A stretch of DNA of 62,863 nt, counting the filler, from Octopus bimaculoides (Eukaryota): the NCBI RefSeq assembly GCF_001194135.2. It is 6 parts of 6 records of this genome, joined end to end, with 100 filler letters (N's around TTAATTAATTAA, not from the genome) between each part and the next. Parts side by side here need not be neighbours in the genome. Positions count along the whole stretch, not along the records: positions 41,175 to 50,075 come from NC_068992.1; positions 50,176 to 58,447 come from NC_068988.1; positions 58,548 to 62,863 come from NC_069003.1; 3 more parts are not named here. One strand, written 5' to 3'. Shown one piece after another: positions 49,805 through 62,863 of this stretch (position 1 is the first letter of the stretch; each line of letters opens with the position of its first letter). Below the pieces are notes generated by a model. The model was not told the origin of the DNA and searched no databases. It saw nothing but the letters and a program-made list of their open reading frames with translations. The translations under genes and the position numbers were made by a program.

Positions 49805-50075
49805 GGACCACCAACAAGACCAGTCTGTGGAGCGAATGTCGCTAGTAACTACAGGATCTCCTACTTCCTCTCAATGATCATACGCCCCATAATCCAGATG
49901 TCACCTGATGTCTGTGACAGCACGGAAGATCTCCTCAGCAGGATCAACGACTGCAACAACACTTGCAACCTGACAGGGTGTATAGTGGGTAGCATGGATG
50001 TGGTATCACTATACCCATCTATCGACGTGGATTTTGCAGTGGAAAAGTGCGTGGAAATGATCAACGAGAGCGAAG
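49800..50075 (+). mobile_element. Penelope-like reverse transcriptase core fragment
   Basis: PPTRPVCGA...STEDLL...VGSMDVVSLYPSID; open frame up to the spacer. Confidence 0.8.
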
Positions 50076-50174
50076 NNNNNNNNNNNNNNNNNNNNNNNNN
50101 NNNNNNNNNNNNNNNNNNNTTAATTAATTAANNNNNNNNNNNNNNNNNNNNNNNNNNNNNNNNNNNNNNNNNNN

Positions 50175-51500
50175 NGTCACATGCTTTTCAGAACTCTGTA
50201 GAGAGTATTTACATAAAATATCGAACAACAGGGAATGTTTTTTTTATCTGACCAGACTGAAATTCAAAACGAAGGTTTTTTTTTTTTTACTTCACTCTTT
50301 AGGGAGCTTTTATATGCTGACGATTGCGATCTTATCAGTCATTCTGAAACAGGTGTGCAATCTCTTGTATCTGCATTTGACACAGCTTGTAATGATTTTG
50401 GCTTTAACATCAACTTGAAAAAAAGAAAACAGTTGTAATGTATCAACTTGCGTGTGGTGCTGTTTGTAACACCACTAAAATTTTTGTTAAGGGTAAGTTA
50501 CTTGAGGTTGTTGATTCGTTCATCTACCTTGGAGGCTCTGTACAAAATGATGGAAATCTGGATACAGAAATATATCTGCGAATTCAAAGGGCAGCACAAG
50601 CATTTGGTGGCTTGGAGTCACGCGTTTGGCGCCAGTGACATATAAATAACAATACATAGTTAGCTCTTTACAATACAAAGTTGTCTTCCCATCTCTGTTG
50701 CATTCTTTTGAAACATGGACATGTTATGAAAGACATTTTAAATTGTTATAACACTTGCACCAAAAATGCCTTCATCGCATTTTAACCATTATATGGATTT
50801 CTTTTACTCCAAACACAGATGTCCTTGCATCTGCTGGCATCACCTCAATTAAAGCTATGATTTTGAGAAACTAAATGAGATGATATGGCCATATTGTTCG
50901 AATGGTGGATAAACGCATGCCCAAACAGCTGTTTTATGGTGAGCTTGCAGAAGGGAAACGCTATCGGTGTAAACTTAAAAAGACGTTTAAGGACGGCATA
51001 AGGATTACTATGAAGTCACTTGGAATGAATCCAGAGAACATAGAAGCCCTTGCTTCCGATCGAGCGGGATGGTGAGCAAAAGTGTGGTGTGCAGTGAAAG
51101 CGTTTGAAGAAGCCAAGATAACACATGCAAAACTCAAGAGAGATTTAAGGAAGAATGTTACGATCGATAATGTGAATCACAATGATCTTTGTGAGTGCAC
51201 AGTTTTTGACTGACCATGCCTTTCTTTCGTTGAGATCAAATTTCATTTACGAACCCATGGAAAGCGAACGTCCACTAACTATTCTGCCTATATGTCTGTG
51301 CACACCTTTCAAGGCAATGTATGCCAGAAGGTTTAAAAATCTAACGTAGGCCTCAAAAGACATTGTAAGATCCACAAAGATCAAAACTTAACTGCAGCTC
51401 TTGGTGGTCCAAATCGGATATGCAATCTATGTGGGTGTCTTTTCAAAACAATGTCTGGTTTAAAAAGCCACATCAGATGCCAAGATGGCTCTAAGGTGTA
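50175..51500 (+). mobile_element. Decayed LINE (RTE-like) RT C-terminal half with C2H2-like zinc fingers
   Basis: RELLYADDCDL, YLGGSV, RMPKQLFYGEL..GKR, and C..C...GLKRHCKIH / C..C..F.TMSGLKSH motifs; frameshifted. Confidence 0.8.
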
Positions 51501-51950
51501 GGTACAGGAGGTGGTCAAACTATGCGTAAGGAGGAAGACAACCACAGGCGTAGCTGTGTGACAGGAAGCTTGCTTTCTAACCACATGTTTCCGGGTACAT
51601 ATCCACTGCGTGGCACCTTGGACAAATGACTTCTACTATATCCTCGGTCCGCCCAAAGCTTTGCAGTGAATTTGGTGTACGGAAACTGAAAGAAGCCTGT
51701 CGCATAAATATATATATATGTATATGTGTGTGCGTGTGTGTGTTTGTGTTTGTCCCCCACTCCACCGCTTCCCAACTCGTGTTGGTGTGTTTACATCCCC
51801 GTAACTTAGCGGTTCAGTAAAAGAGAACCGATAGAAAAGTACTAGACTTTAAAAAAGTTCTGGGTTCGATTTTTTTAACTAAAACCCTTTAAGGTGGTGC
51901 TGCAGCATGGTCGCAGACAAATGACTGAAAAAAGTAAAGGAATATATATA

Positions 51951-52174
51951 TACGAGGGAGTGTTGAAAAGTTCCCGGTTTTAAGGGTATCGCGAAAGGCT
52001 GGAATCCCAACGTTCTGAGTTCTTTTACAGGGCTTAGAATTACTGAAGAACCACTGGAGGGAATATGTCGATCTGAAGAACTGAGAGGGGAGTATGATGA
52101 ATAAAATTGTAATTAACTTATCCTCCCATATTTTCTTTTACCGAAAGCCAGAAACTTTCAGCACCCTCTCTTAT
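51951..52174 (+). mobile_element. Mariner-derived MITE
   Basis: tacgagggagtgttgaaaagttccc / gccagaaactttcagcaccctctctta; same family as 2623-2815. Confidence 0.75.
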
Positions 52175-52181
52175 ATAATAT

Positions 52182-52221
<40 letters not shown>

Positions 52222-53059
52222 AGAATAAGGGCAGGGAATCGTCAATTAGTAATAGAATTAATAATTAACAATTTTGCCAAGTAGTTCAGTATGAAAAAAC
52301 CTTTATCGGTAAAATCACTTATCATNNNNNNNNNNNNNNNNNNNNNNNNNNNNNNNNNNNNNNNNNNNNNNNNNNNNNNNNNNNNNNNNNNNNNNNNNNN
52401 NNNNNNNNNNNNNNNNNNNNNNNNNNNNNNNNNNNNNNNNNNNNNNNNNNNNNNNNNNNNNNNNNNNNNNNNNNNNNNNNNNNNNNNNNNNNNNNNNNNN
52501 NNNNNNNNNNNNNNNNNNNNNNNNNNNNNNNNNNNNNNNNNNNNNNNNNNNNNNNNNNNNNNNNNNNNNNNNNNNNNNNNNNNNNNNNNNNNNNNNNNNN
52601 NNNNNNNNNNNNNNNNNNNNNNNNNNNNNNNNNNNNNNNNNNNNNNNNNNNNNNNNNNNNNNNNNNNNNNNNNNNNNNNNNNNNNNNNNNNNNNNNNNNN
52701 NNNNNNNNNNNNNNNNNNNNNNNNNNNNNNNNNNNNNNNNNNNNNNNNNNNNNNNNNNNNNNNNNNNNNNNNNNNNNNNNNNNNNNNNNNNNNNNNNNNN
52801 NNNNNNNNNNNNNNNNNNNNNNNNNNNNNNNNNNNNNNNNNNNNNNNNNNNNNNNNNNNNNNNNNNNNNNNNNNNNNNNNNNNNNNNNNNNNNNNNNNNN
52901 NNNNNNNNNNNNNNNNNNNNNNNNNNNNNNNNNNNNNNNNNNNNNNNNNNNNNNNNNNNNNNNNNNNNNNNNNNNNNNNNNNNNNNNNNNNNNNNNNNNN
53001 NNNNNNNNNNNNNNNNNNNNNNNNNNNNNNNNNNNNNNNNNNNNNNNNNNNNNNNNNNN

Positions 53060-53151
53060 AGAAGAAGAAGAAGAAGAAGAAGAAGAAGAAGAAGAAGAAG
53101 AAGAAGAAGAAGAAGAAGAAGAAGAAGAAGAAGAAGAAGAAGAAGAAGAAG

Positions 53152-53181
<30 letters not shown>
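53060..53181. repeat. (AAG)n microsatellite
   Basis: Pure AAG run following a gap. Confidence 0.98.
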
Positions 53182-53182
<1 letters not shown>

Positions 53183-53699
53183 GAAAGCAATAGTAATCAG
53201 AACGGCGTCCACTAAATTGAAAGCATCTTAAACAGTGTTTACTGGCAAGTTCAAGTGTTCACATGACATCTTAAAGCGACATTAGAATCTTGTTGAAGTA
53301 AATGTGATTTATGTCAGAAACAACAACAAAATGAAAAGTAACTAATCGCAGAAATTACACAACGATGAACGATTGTAATGGACTCACCGGTTTTAAATAT
53401 GTAATTAACTGGTAATTAATGTTAAATAATTGTTATATAATTGCGACATCCTCGCAATATAACAATTTGTAATGAAATGCAAAAGTAAAACAGTACCAAT
53501 ATGAATCTCTTTGCATAAAGATCTGAATACACGGAGTGAAAGGAATTTGAGGACATTTTTGTAAATTTCATAAAGCAATTCTAACCTACCAAAAACTAAA
53601 GTCATTTTAATAAGAAAATTCTGTACATAAATATTCTCGATAAGCTTTCCTAATTATTCTATTAAGGCACATTCTGCTTTGATGTCTGCTTCAATGCAG

Positions 53700-54700
53700 G
53701 TATGGTATCGTTGACATACCTGCACTAAATGATCGTTATACATTTTTGATTTCATCTCGACATTGGCGGCTTTCAGTGAAGCTTCAGTCAAGTATTTTGA
53801 GGATGTCAATTAGTCCCGCTATCAACAACATTCCACACGTAATAGTCTATGGGATTTAAATCTGTCGAGTTTAGAACCCACAAGGTTGGTGTTATGTGAT
53901 CGCAAAGATTATCTGACATCCATTTTTTGAATAACATGGGCTCTATGAGAATATGCTGAGTTTGCTGAAGCACATATAGCTTTCCACTGCATACTTCATC
54001 CGTCCATCTACGATTTAATAACTGTCTACGGCACCTCAACCTATCCAGCAGCATTAATTCTAAGACCCTGTGGAAAGATTTGAGATGACATGATATGACC
54101 GTCATAACTCACCACTCCTAAACTCGTCACAGTAACTGGAATCTTAGTGATCATTACTTTGGGAACAGCAGACGGATCTGCACATAATCAGCTGTCATTT
54201 TTCCAGTTAGCCTTTTGGTTTTAAAAAGATTTTGTTTTCTCTTTTCGATCGGAGTAGAATCAAAGCATGCTATGTTTGTGAGGGTATTTAACCTTGTTAA
54301 GTAACCGTGCTTGGTACGAACGAAAGGGTTTTCCCGGTTTTCCTGTCTTTTCAGATATGAATTAGCTTCTTTTCAGTACATACTTCTTAAATGGAATCTC
54401 CTCGCACTAAACTGTTTTGATATCCCCATCTGACACCTCATTGGTTTCCAGGGATCATCATCAATAACGTTTTGAGCCCGTTGAATGTGTTGCGGTGTTG
54501 AATGTGTTACAGCCTCGACTTGGAAAATGCTTACCTTTTTCTTCACTATATTTGAACCCACTAGACTTCTAATTCTATCCGCAGTTTGCACACAAAGTGT
54601 TATTTCAACATTTAGAAAGTTGGTAATTTCTAAATCTCTGTGCACCGCACACAGAGCAACAAATACTACACGTTTTTAATTTCTTGTGTTAGCATTTTAT
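53700..54700 (-). mobile_element. maT (DD37D-like) transposase relic
   Basis: LCADPSAVPKVMITKIPVTV..LGVVSYDGHIMSSQIFPQGLRINA and WMSDNLCDHITPTLWVLNSTDLNPIDYYVWNVV. Confidence 0.75.
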
Positions 54701-55366
54701 CTGCCATGGATCACCTTGCAAGAAATATATATATAAAAGAATTAATAGACTTGAAAAGTGTCATCTACTTATAATTAAGTGTCCTTGAATATCCTTCGCA
54801 CGCAGTAAAAGGCTCACTATTTCAAAAGTTTTATCTTGAAACGTATCAATGCAGGCTTGAACTGCAAGACAAATTCAAATATCTCCTGCGACAAACAGTT
54901 CAACGTATGCATTCTTGTCCTTTTCAAAACAAATACAAAGCAACTTTTCTTTATGTAGGGGGCAAAATACGAACACAACTAGGAACAATAGTGTCTCATA
55001 GAAACTCGAAAACACAGAAAAATATGTTTCGTTCAGTTCTTTTTCTTATTTGTTATTTTGTATATAATTAAATAAGATACTGTTGTAATAGATAATAGCC
55101 AGAAATGTAGTCATATAAAAACATAAACAGCTAAAAAAATACAGACACAAACTGCTAAAACCATAGACACAAACGCAGACGAAGTAAAATGCTACGCAAT
55201 ACATACCAAGTATGAAATGATTGTCAGGAATCTGAAAGCAACTAATCTTTCTTTTTCTAATATTTCTGATGATTGTAATCAGTAAAATTGAATGAAAAAT
55301 GTCGACATTGTATTAATAGAACGTTACATACATACATACATACTCATTCACACACATATAATACGA

Positions 55367-55405
<39 letters not shown>

Positions 55406-55529
55406 TTCTTCACTGTTTGTAGTTACACAGACATATGCAAACAGACAATTCATAATATATACAGATAAGAAATATAACTGTTAGGCTATATCCTCCATCT
55501 TTTCTTTATTAAAGTCTATAATGGTGCAC

Positions 55530-55604
55530 ACTTATGTCAGTGTATGCGCGCGTGCCTGCATATTTATGTGTGTGTGTATATTTATGCATAAATGTGTATG
55601 TCTG

Positions 55605-55660
<56 letters not shown>

Positions 55661-55917
55661 TGTGTCTATGTATGTGTGCGTGATTTTGTGTGAATGTATG
55701 TGTATACAAATATATATAAACATGCAAATGTGTATACGCACTCACACATATGTGTATGTATGTATGTGTATAGATATGTGAACTTATGTGTATGGATGCA
55801 TAGTCTATGTACAAATGTATTGTGCGTCCAAAACTATATCTGAATATGTGTCTGTATACATATATGTAAACATTTATAAATACATCCATTTCTAAATGAA
55901 CGTATGTGTATATATAA

Positions 55918-55998
<81 letters not shown>

Positions 55999-56605
55999 TG
56001 TGTGTGTGTGTCTGTGTGTCTGTGTGTTTGTGTGTGTGTCTGCTTGTACGTGTGTGTGTGTGTAAACATGAGTATACATACGTATCTATGTATACTTATA
56101 CGTATATTGATCCATTTCTGTATGTTTCTGTATTTATCTATGTATCTTACAATACCAATTTTCCATTTCAAATTGTATCTTATTTTATATCCGACTATAG
56201 GTCGGAGTTTAAGTATACTTCAATATATCGGTTGTCTGACATACCTTTGAATCTTTCACTCTTATTAAAAGCTTTCCAATGGAGAGTTGTAGGTGGTGAA
56301 GCCATTTTCAAAATCATATTTTTCATTTTTCTTCTTTTCTATATATATATTTTTTTTTTTCCAGATTACTTGGAATTAAAGATCTTTCTCTGAAATATTC
56401 TATGAAAATCTTCCTGCAAGTTATAGTTTCAATTGTATAAAAGTAATCTATGTAAAAATTCTTCGGTTTTGATATTTCAGAGTTAGTGCATGTGTGTGTG
56501 TGTGTGTGCGTGTGTGTGTATGCGTGTGTGTTTGTTTGTTGTATGCTGGTCTGTCTATAATTATTCGTATATATATATATGTATATATATATATGCGTGT
56601 GTGTG

Positions 56606-56672
<67 letters not shown>

Positions 56673-57158
56673 NNNNNNNNNNNNNNNNNNNNNNNNNNNN
56701 NNNNNNNNNNNNNNNNNNNNNNNNNNNNNNNNNNNNNNNNNNNNNNNNNNNNNNNNNNNNNNNNNNNNNNNNNNNNNNNNNNNNNNNNNNNNNNNNNNNN
56801 NNNNNNNNNNNNNNNNNNNNNNNNNNNNNNNNNNNNNNNNNNNNNNNNNNNNNNNNNNNNNNNNNNNNNNNNNNNNNNNNNNNNNNNNNNNNNNNNNNNN
56901 NNNNNNNNNNNNNNNNNNNNNNNNNNNNNNNNNNNNNNNNNNNNNNNNNNNNNNNNNNNNNNNNNNNNNNNNNNNNNNNNNNNNNNNNNNNNNNNNNNNN
57001 NNNNNNNNNNNNNNNNNNNNNNNNNNNNNNNNNNNNNNNNNNNNNNNNNNNNNNNNNNNNNNNNNNNNNNNNNNNNNNNNNNNNNNNNNNNNNNNNNNNN
57101 NNNNNNNNNNNNNNNNNNNNTATATATATATATATATATGTATATAAACATATATATG

Positions 57159-57212
<54 letters not shown>

Positions 57213-57410
57213 CTGCATGCATATATGTATGTGGACATGTATACAGAGAAAGATGCAAGAGAGATCGAACGAGCGATATGTAAAGTATTGGAAAACTGGA
57301 TACATAATAGATTCCTAAACATACTCACACACACACACACAGACACACACACCCACACACACTCACATGCACACAAAAAACACACGCATACACACACACA
57401 GAATTGAATG
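55530..57410. repeat. Compound (TA)n/(TG)n microsatellite block; similar blocks at 31370-31820, 32150-33500, 35870-35955 and 40830-41075
   Basis: Direct reading; these explain the YI/CV/HT low-complexity ORFs. Confidence 0.95.
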
Positions 57411-58662
57411 TGTGCGTCTACTTTACGTGTGTGTGTATCTGTATTGGAATGTGTCTTTTTTTCCCCCATTTGAAAATGTGCCTGTTTGCATCTATCATTA
57501 TTTATATGCGTGAGGGCGTGCGCTTTGATTTCAAAACACCTGTGCATTGTGTATGTGCGTGTATGGTTATATGTATGTATGTAACTGCATGTAATTGGAA
57601 TGTTTATATATGAATACGTTTACAGTTGGATACGACTGACTGTCTTCGCGTATCAGCTGTCTTCAACACACGAGAGTGTTCGTATGTGCATGTGAGTAAC
57701 AGAGAGAGATTTATAAATGTGTCTACGACATTTTGCTCTGCTTCTTTCTGAATTATCTTTTGTTAGATTGTCTGAATATGCCTGCATCTGTTTTATTCAA
57801 ATATTAGATACATTTTTTTCCTGTGATACAATTTCTTCGTTTTTCCTTAGTCTTCAAATTTTTTTCATTCATACAATTCTCTTCATTTCTGTCTCTCCCC
57901 TTCCTTTAGTATTTTGTTGGATTTTTGAATCTTTTTTCTTTCCTTTCAGTAATTTTTCTTCTAAGGAAAGGAAAAAAAAGCAACTTACATAGCAAAATCA
58001 AATGGATTACGCAAAATTGTAAAGAATATTTAAATAAAGTTAACTTAAGAAACGTATAACATAATTTTGTTAGCTCTGCGACGACATGTAATATAAATGA
58101 AACCCAGTGTGGAATAATTCAAAAAACAGTAAATGGAAAGGATGTGTGTGTGTGTGTGTGTGTATGTGTTTAAACTGATACACACACACACACACACACA
58201 AATATATATATATGTATACATAGACACATAACGTCCTCGTGATTGTGAGAGTTGGACTTATTGTACTATCCCCGTGTACATGTTTACTGGCTGCATACCC
58301 AAGACTCTTTGCATATTCCAACTCCAAGTTATGAATATCACGATTATTACGTAGCTCTGAGTTTCCTGAAACAACTGTTAAGAGATTATATATGTACTTC
58401 TTAATATTCACTATATTTATGTTCTATATATATATATATATATATATNNNNNNNNNNNNNNNNNNNNNNNNNNNNNNNNNNNNNNNNNNNNTTAATTAAT
58501 TAANNNNNNNNNNNNNNNNNNNNNNNNNNNNNNNNNNNNNNNNNNNNATATGCCGGGTGTGTATATTCATACACACCCATATGTATGCACACATATAGAT
58601 TATCTACATCTGCATTTATGTACATACATATACATATACATAATACATATATACATACACAC

Positions 58663-58728
<66 letters not shown>

Positions 58729-59399
58729 CGTAAACCACTTTACCTGTAGATATAGATGTACACACACAAACACCTATACATACATACATACTTACAACAA
58801 GGGTAGTATGGAAGAAATGCTGAAATAATCATAACTTTTTTTTCTTTTTTTTTATCAATAGAAGTATATCGTTCAAACTGTATATCTTAGTAAAATAACT
58901 CATGTTGCCTAGTAACTGTTGTTCTATAGTAAGTTTTGGTGTATAGAAACTCTTGTTTTTGTTCTTTGCAGACAAATAATAGGTTTCAAACAAGCAACAT
59001 GCAGTCAAAGGAGAAGTAACAGGGTGTCTGACATTCCCTGGAGGCAGTGGGTTTTTTACGGAGATAGCATAAGTGACAACAATAATGTGTACAGAGTGAT
59101 AAGGTTTAAAGAAAGGGAAACCAGCATTGAAATGAAATCACCAGGACAAATCACGTTAACGGTGTCTGTTGATTATGTATTGTCAGTTTATGGTCGAAAT
59201 GATTCACGCGGACAGACGAGTCACCACCCAGGAGGGAGCTTGCCGCACGACTGCAGTGTGGTCTCAATGCTCTTCAGAAAATTCAAATTCTGCCGAAGTC
59301 GACTTTGCCTTTCATCCTTTCGGAGTGGATTAAATAAGTACCAGTAATGCACTGGGGTCGATGTAATCGACTTAATCCCTTTGTGTCTCCTTGCAGAGA

Positions 59400-60010
59400 C
59401 GTTGAGCATACTTCGGCAAGCTTACGGCACCGAGACAATGGGTCGTACGCAATGTTTCGAGTGGCACGGGGGCTTCAAAGCCGGAAGAACGTCCCTGAAA
59501 GACCTGCCACGAGAGTCACACACGGAAATGTAGTATTGTGCATCGAGAATTCGCCCCCCCCCCGGGCCAAACCGTCAATCGAGAGTTCTATTACGGCGTT
59601 TCGAAGCGTTTAAAAGAGGACATTCGGTGAAAGAGCCCGAATCTGTGGAGCACAAAGAATTGGGTTTTCCACTGAACTCTCCTCGCTTGTGAGTTTCTCA
59701 CCAAAACCACCAATATGGCATCGCTCCACACCCACCCTATTCACCAGATTTAGTACCTGCGAACTTCCATCTCTTCCTCCAAGTTGAAAATGCAGCTCAA
59801 AGGTCGCCATTTTAACACCGTTGTCGAGAACCATAGCGAACCGCAGGTCTTCGACTCGTTTACGGAAAATGACTTCCAGGCCGGATTCCAAAAGTGGCAA
59901 GAACACCGGAACCGGTCTATTGCTGCGCAAGGTGACTATTTCGAAGGTGATGACGTTGAAACATATGTAAATAAATTTTTCTTTTTATTAAACATAACTA
60001 GTGCAGAAAC
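59400..60010 (+). mobile_element. Internally deleted mariner relic
   Basis: GRTQCFEWHGGFKAGRTSLKD, then HPPYSPDLVPANFHL..KMQLKGRHF...FQKWQEHRNRSIAAQGDYFEGD. Confidence 0.8.
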
Positions 60011-61025
60011 CTTTTGATATCAACTCGTATCGCTTGTAATGGAGACAATATTACTTAACGTCTTTTTATTGAGGAAGTGTTATATTGCCAACACGTGCAA
60101 TTTCGAAAACCTACGACCAAACTGTAAGTCTATGCGAAAATCAAAAAAGAAATGCTTTTAGCACTTTGCACTCTCTTTCATATTTATGTATTTCTGCGTA
60201 TATCAATTGTACTTTAATTTCCTCTCCACCCGTGCGTGTGTGTGTGCGTGTATGTGTGTGTATGTGTGTGTGTGTGTGTATGTATGTATTACGTATGTAT
60301 GTCATTATTCAGTATTATTTCAAGATATCTTGCCAATAGAGAAAGAGCCAGTTTCTAATCTAGATTCAAGACTCCTTCATTGGAATTTCATCAACAACAG
60401 GGTATTTTTGCATGTATGTATGTATGTATGTATGTATCTATCTATCTATCTATAAGCACATATATATTATATGTAATTATACGTATATTTATTTTTTACT
60501 ATGCTTATCTGCTTGTCTTTATTCATCTTTCTCTGTCTGATCCCCTGTGTACACACGCACACACAGACACACACACGCACACACGCACACATACCCAGCC
60601 CTCGTATTTCTTTTAAATCCCACAAAGTCGTCAACAAGGTTATTCTCGCAAAACTTTTATAACAAAACTTTAAACAAAACCCCCGCTACTAAAAACAAAA
60701 CAAAAAGAACAACAAAATAAATAAAAATCTTCAACTTCTAAGTAAAATCTGCAGAATTAGAATTAGAACCATTAACGAATTTTTCTGGGACGGCAGCAAC
60801 GAACAGAGAAGACGAAAGAACGAAAACTCTCATTATATAACCATGAAATATGTCCTCATCTGCTGCCTGATCGAACATCTTTGGTTTCCGGCATTTTCTT
60901 CTTTTAACTTTGTATCCATGACCTGGGTGTCGTTCATATGCAAAATTGAATATGCAAATCGACTTCAGGCAAAGTCGATTTGCATATTCAGATGCTGATC
61001 TTCTGACCTCCTTTTGAGTATAACG

Positions 61026-62863
61026 CCTGAAAGTAGTTTTCTCTCAACGTCCACCTCCTCATTCATCCTATCAACCTAACAACCTCATAAATTTTAGAAA
61101 CTCTCCAACGCTTGACCTCTGTCCACTTACCTACATCGTGCCTTTGGTTTTCTTCTTTTTCTTCATTTTTATATTTGTGTAACATTTTTCGTCTAATATT
61201 TATATTTTCGCAGTTCTGTGTCTGGGTTATAAATATTACATTTCCACAAATTCTCTAACTCCTCCCATCCTTGCCACTTTTATTCTTTGCCATCGGCATC
61301 TACTTCCATGCCCACCATCCCGATACATACAGCAACTACTCACTGAGACGTTGGTAGACAGGTTGCTCTCATATAATTTTTCTATATGTTTGTGTTAGTG
61401 TTTTTTTTACACAGTTTTATGTTTGCTTTTCGTTTTGGCTTCATGCATTTTATGTATTTGCTTTCAGTCGTCGTCGCCATCGTCACCATCATCTTCATCG
61501 ACATTACTACTATTTCCTCCTTCCTATAATCCGACGAGTTGGCAGAAACGTTAGCACGCCGGGCGAAATGGTTTGCGGTATTTCGTTCTGAGTTCAAATT
61601 CTACCGAGGTTGACTTTGCCTTTAGTCTTTCGGCGACGATAAATCAAATACCAGTTGAACATTGGGGTTGATGCAATCGAGTAATTCTGTTCGTGAGGTT
61701 AGCTGCAATATGTTACCACAAACTCAATTCATTATGTCGCCACTAGTTCCATGCAGTAATGACTGCAACACATGCAGTGTTACAACACAAACTCGAATAT
61801 GCAGATATGCAAATTATTTGTTGCGTCATTTCACTTACCTTTCTAATAAACAATCCACACACAAAAAAACATTAATTGCTGATTACAATACAAACTAATC
61901 AAGAAGAATAGGTTTGACAAACGAAAGTTTTACATTAAAATGCGTAAAAAACAGAGGGGCTTTCCCTATACTTAAAACACTCTGAATTTCTTGATATGGC
62001 TGAAGAGTAGTATAAGATGTTCTCACATGTTAGCAGAATAGAACCCGACCTGAGGTCATAATGATGTCATATGATCGAAGCGTGTCCCGAATTGAACTTG
62101 GTCGTTCAGATGGAAGGGAATCTACAGGAGAAAAATTTCTCCATCAAAGCGAGCCAATCCAGCGTCGGCATATCAGAAAAAGAGCTCCTTCTTGCGAGAA
62201 GAGTTCCTTTTTAATTCATACAACATGCAATGTCTGTAATGGGTCTGATCTCAACTCACTTTAAAGGGGTAAAATCGATTTTGCTCATAAAACCTTTCGG
62301 TTGGACTTCTTTTAGGAATCACTGGTGTAGTGGTGGAGTAATAAGCTAATCTATAATCTATTCTGCAAGCGCAGTGTTCGAACGCCATATTTTTTTCTCT
62401 ACTTTAAATATACATCATAAATATTCTATTAAATACATCCAGAATATCTGTGTGTTTGTTCTAGTCACGAGTTCGGTCTTCTCTAATGAAATATCAATGT
62501 CAATTGGAAAGTAATTAGCCAAGAAACACGAAATGAAGAAAAAAAGTTAATTAGAAACGAAGATTAAAAACGAGACCTGAAAGTAGTTTTCTCTCAACGT
62601 CCACCTCCTCATTCATCCTATCAACCTAACAACCTCATAAATTTTAGAAACTCTCCAACGCTTGACCTCTGTCCACTTACCTACATCGTGCCTTTGGTTT
62701 TCTTCTTTTTCTTCATTTTTATATTTGTGTAACATTTTTCGTCTAATATTTATATTTTCGCAGTTCTGTGTCTGGGTTATAAATATTACATTTCCACAAA
62801 TTCTCTAACTCCTCCCATCCTTGCCACTTTTATTCTTTGCCATCGGCATCTACTTCCATGCCC
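61026..62863. repeat. Identical direct repeat of at least 288 bp (61026-61313 and 62576-62863)
   Basis: No differences seen by eye; offset 1550 bp; the second copy runs off the window end. Confidence 0.92.
61900..62280 (-). mobile_element. Highly decayed mariner N-terminal (HTH) fragment
   Basis: DQTHYRHCMLYELKRNSS and SERPSSIRDTLRS-like segments on the minus strand. Confidence 0.5.

Noticed and set aside
54130-54210. TAACTGGAA/TTCCAGTTA-closed structure with a GCAGA-CGGA-TCTGC hairpin as a C/D snoRNA
   Set aside because: The boxes are degenerate and mis-spaced, and the segment translates as maT transposase.

Overview
Eukaryotic, repeat-rich, gapped draft sequence. The SINE/LINE repertoire and microsatellite load suggest an octopus or other coleoid cephalopod (inference). 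The window has two very different halves. (1) 1-28.6 kb holds 12 minus-strand coding exons (1254 nt, 418 codons, continuous frame, all GT-AG) of the DNA polymerase epsilon catalytic subunit (POLE). They cover the N-terminal domain and the whole proofreading exonuclease (Exo I DIE, Exo II NGDFFD and Exo III YSVSD intact). The introns are CpG-depleted and contain a decayed near-full RTE LINE, RTE 3'UTR/SINE copies, hAT, mariner, maT and piggyBac-like relics, a CRE-type endonuclease fragment and a U6 snRNA retrocopy. POLE exons 1-2 and everything 3' of the Exo III exon were not found. (2) 28.7-62.9 kb lies beyond an artificial N-TTAATTAATTAA-N spacer. It has no recognisable host gene, retains CpG and is microsatellite-rich, with mariner, maT, R4-like and Penelope-like (GIY-YIG, RT) fragments. 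The most interesting signal is a cluster of hammerhead-ribozyme-like motifs at 35-49 kb. These include a tandem pair of type I hammerheads 565 bp apart (pLTR/retrozyme-like, able to form a dimer), a complete type I hammerhead at 37.2 kb, and a repeat family whose hammerhead fold carries a G3:C8 swap of the C3:G8 tertiary pair. Also notable are dense Hox/Pbx/Meis-type site clusters and a perfect 19-bp double-octamer palindrome. All calls are from manual reading; no folding or database searches were run.
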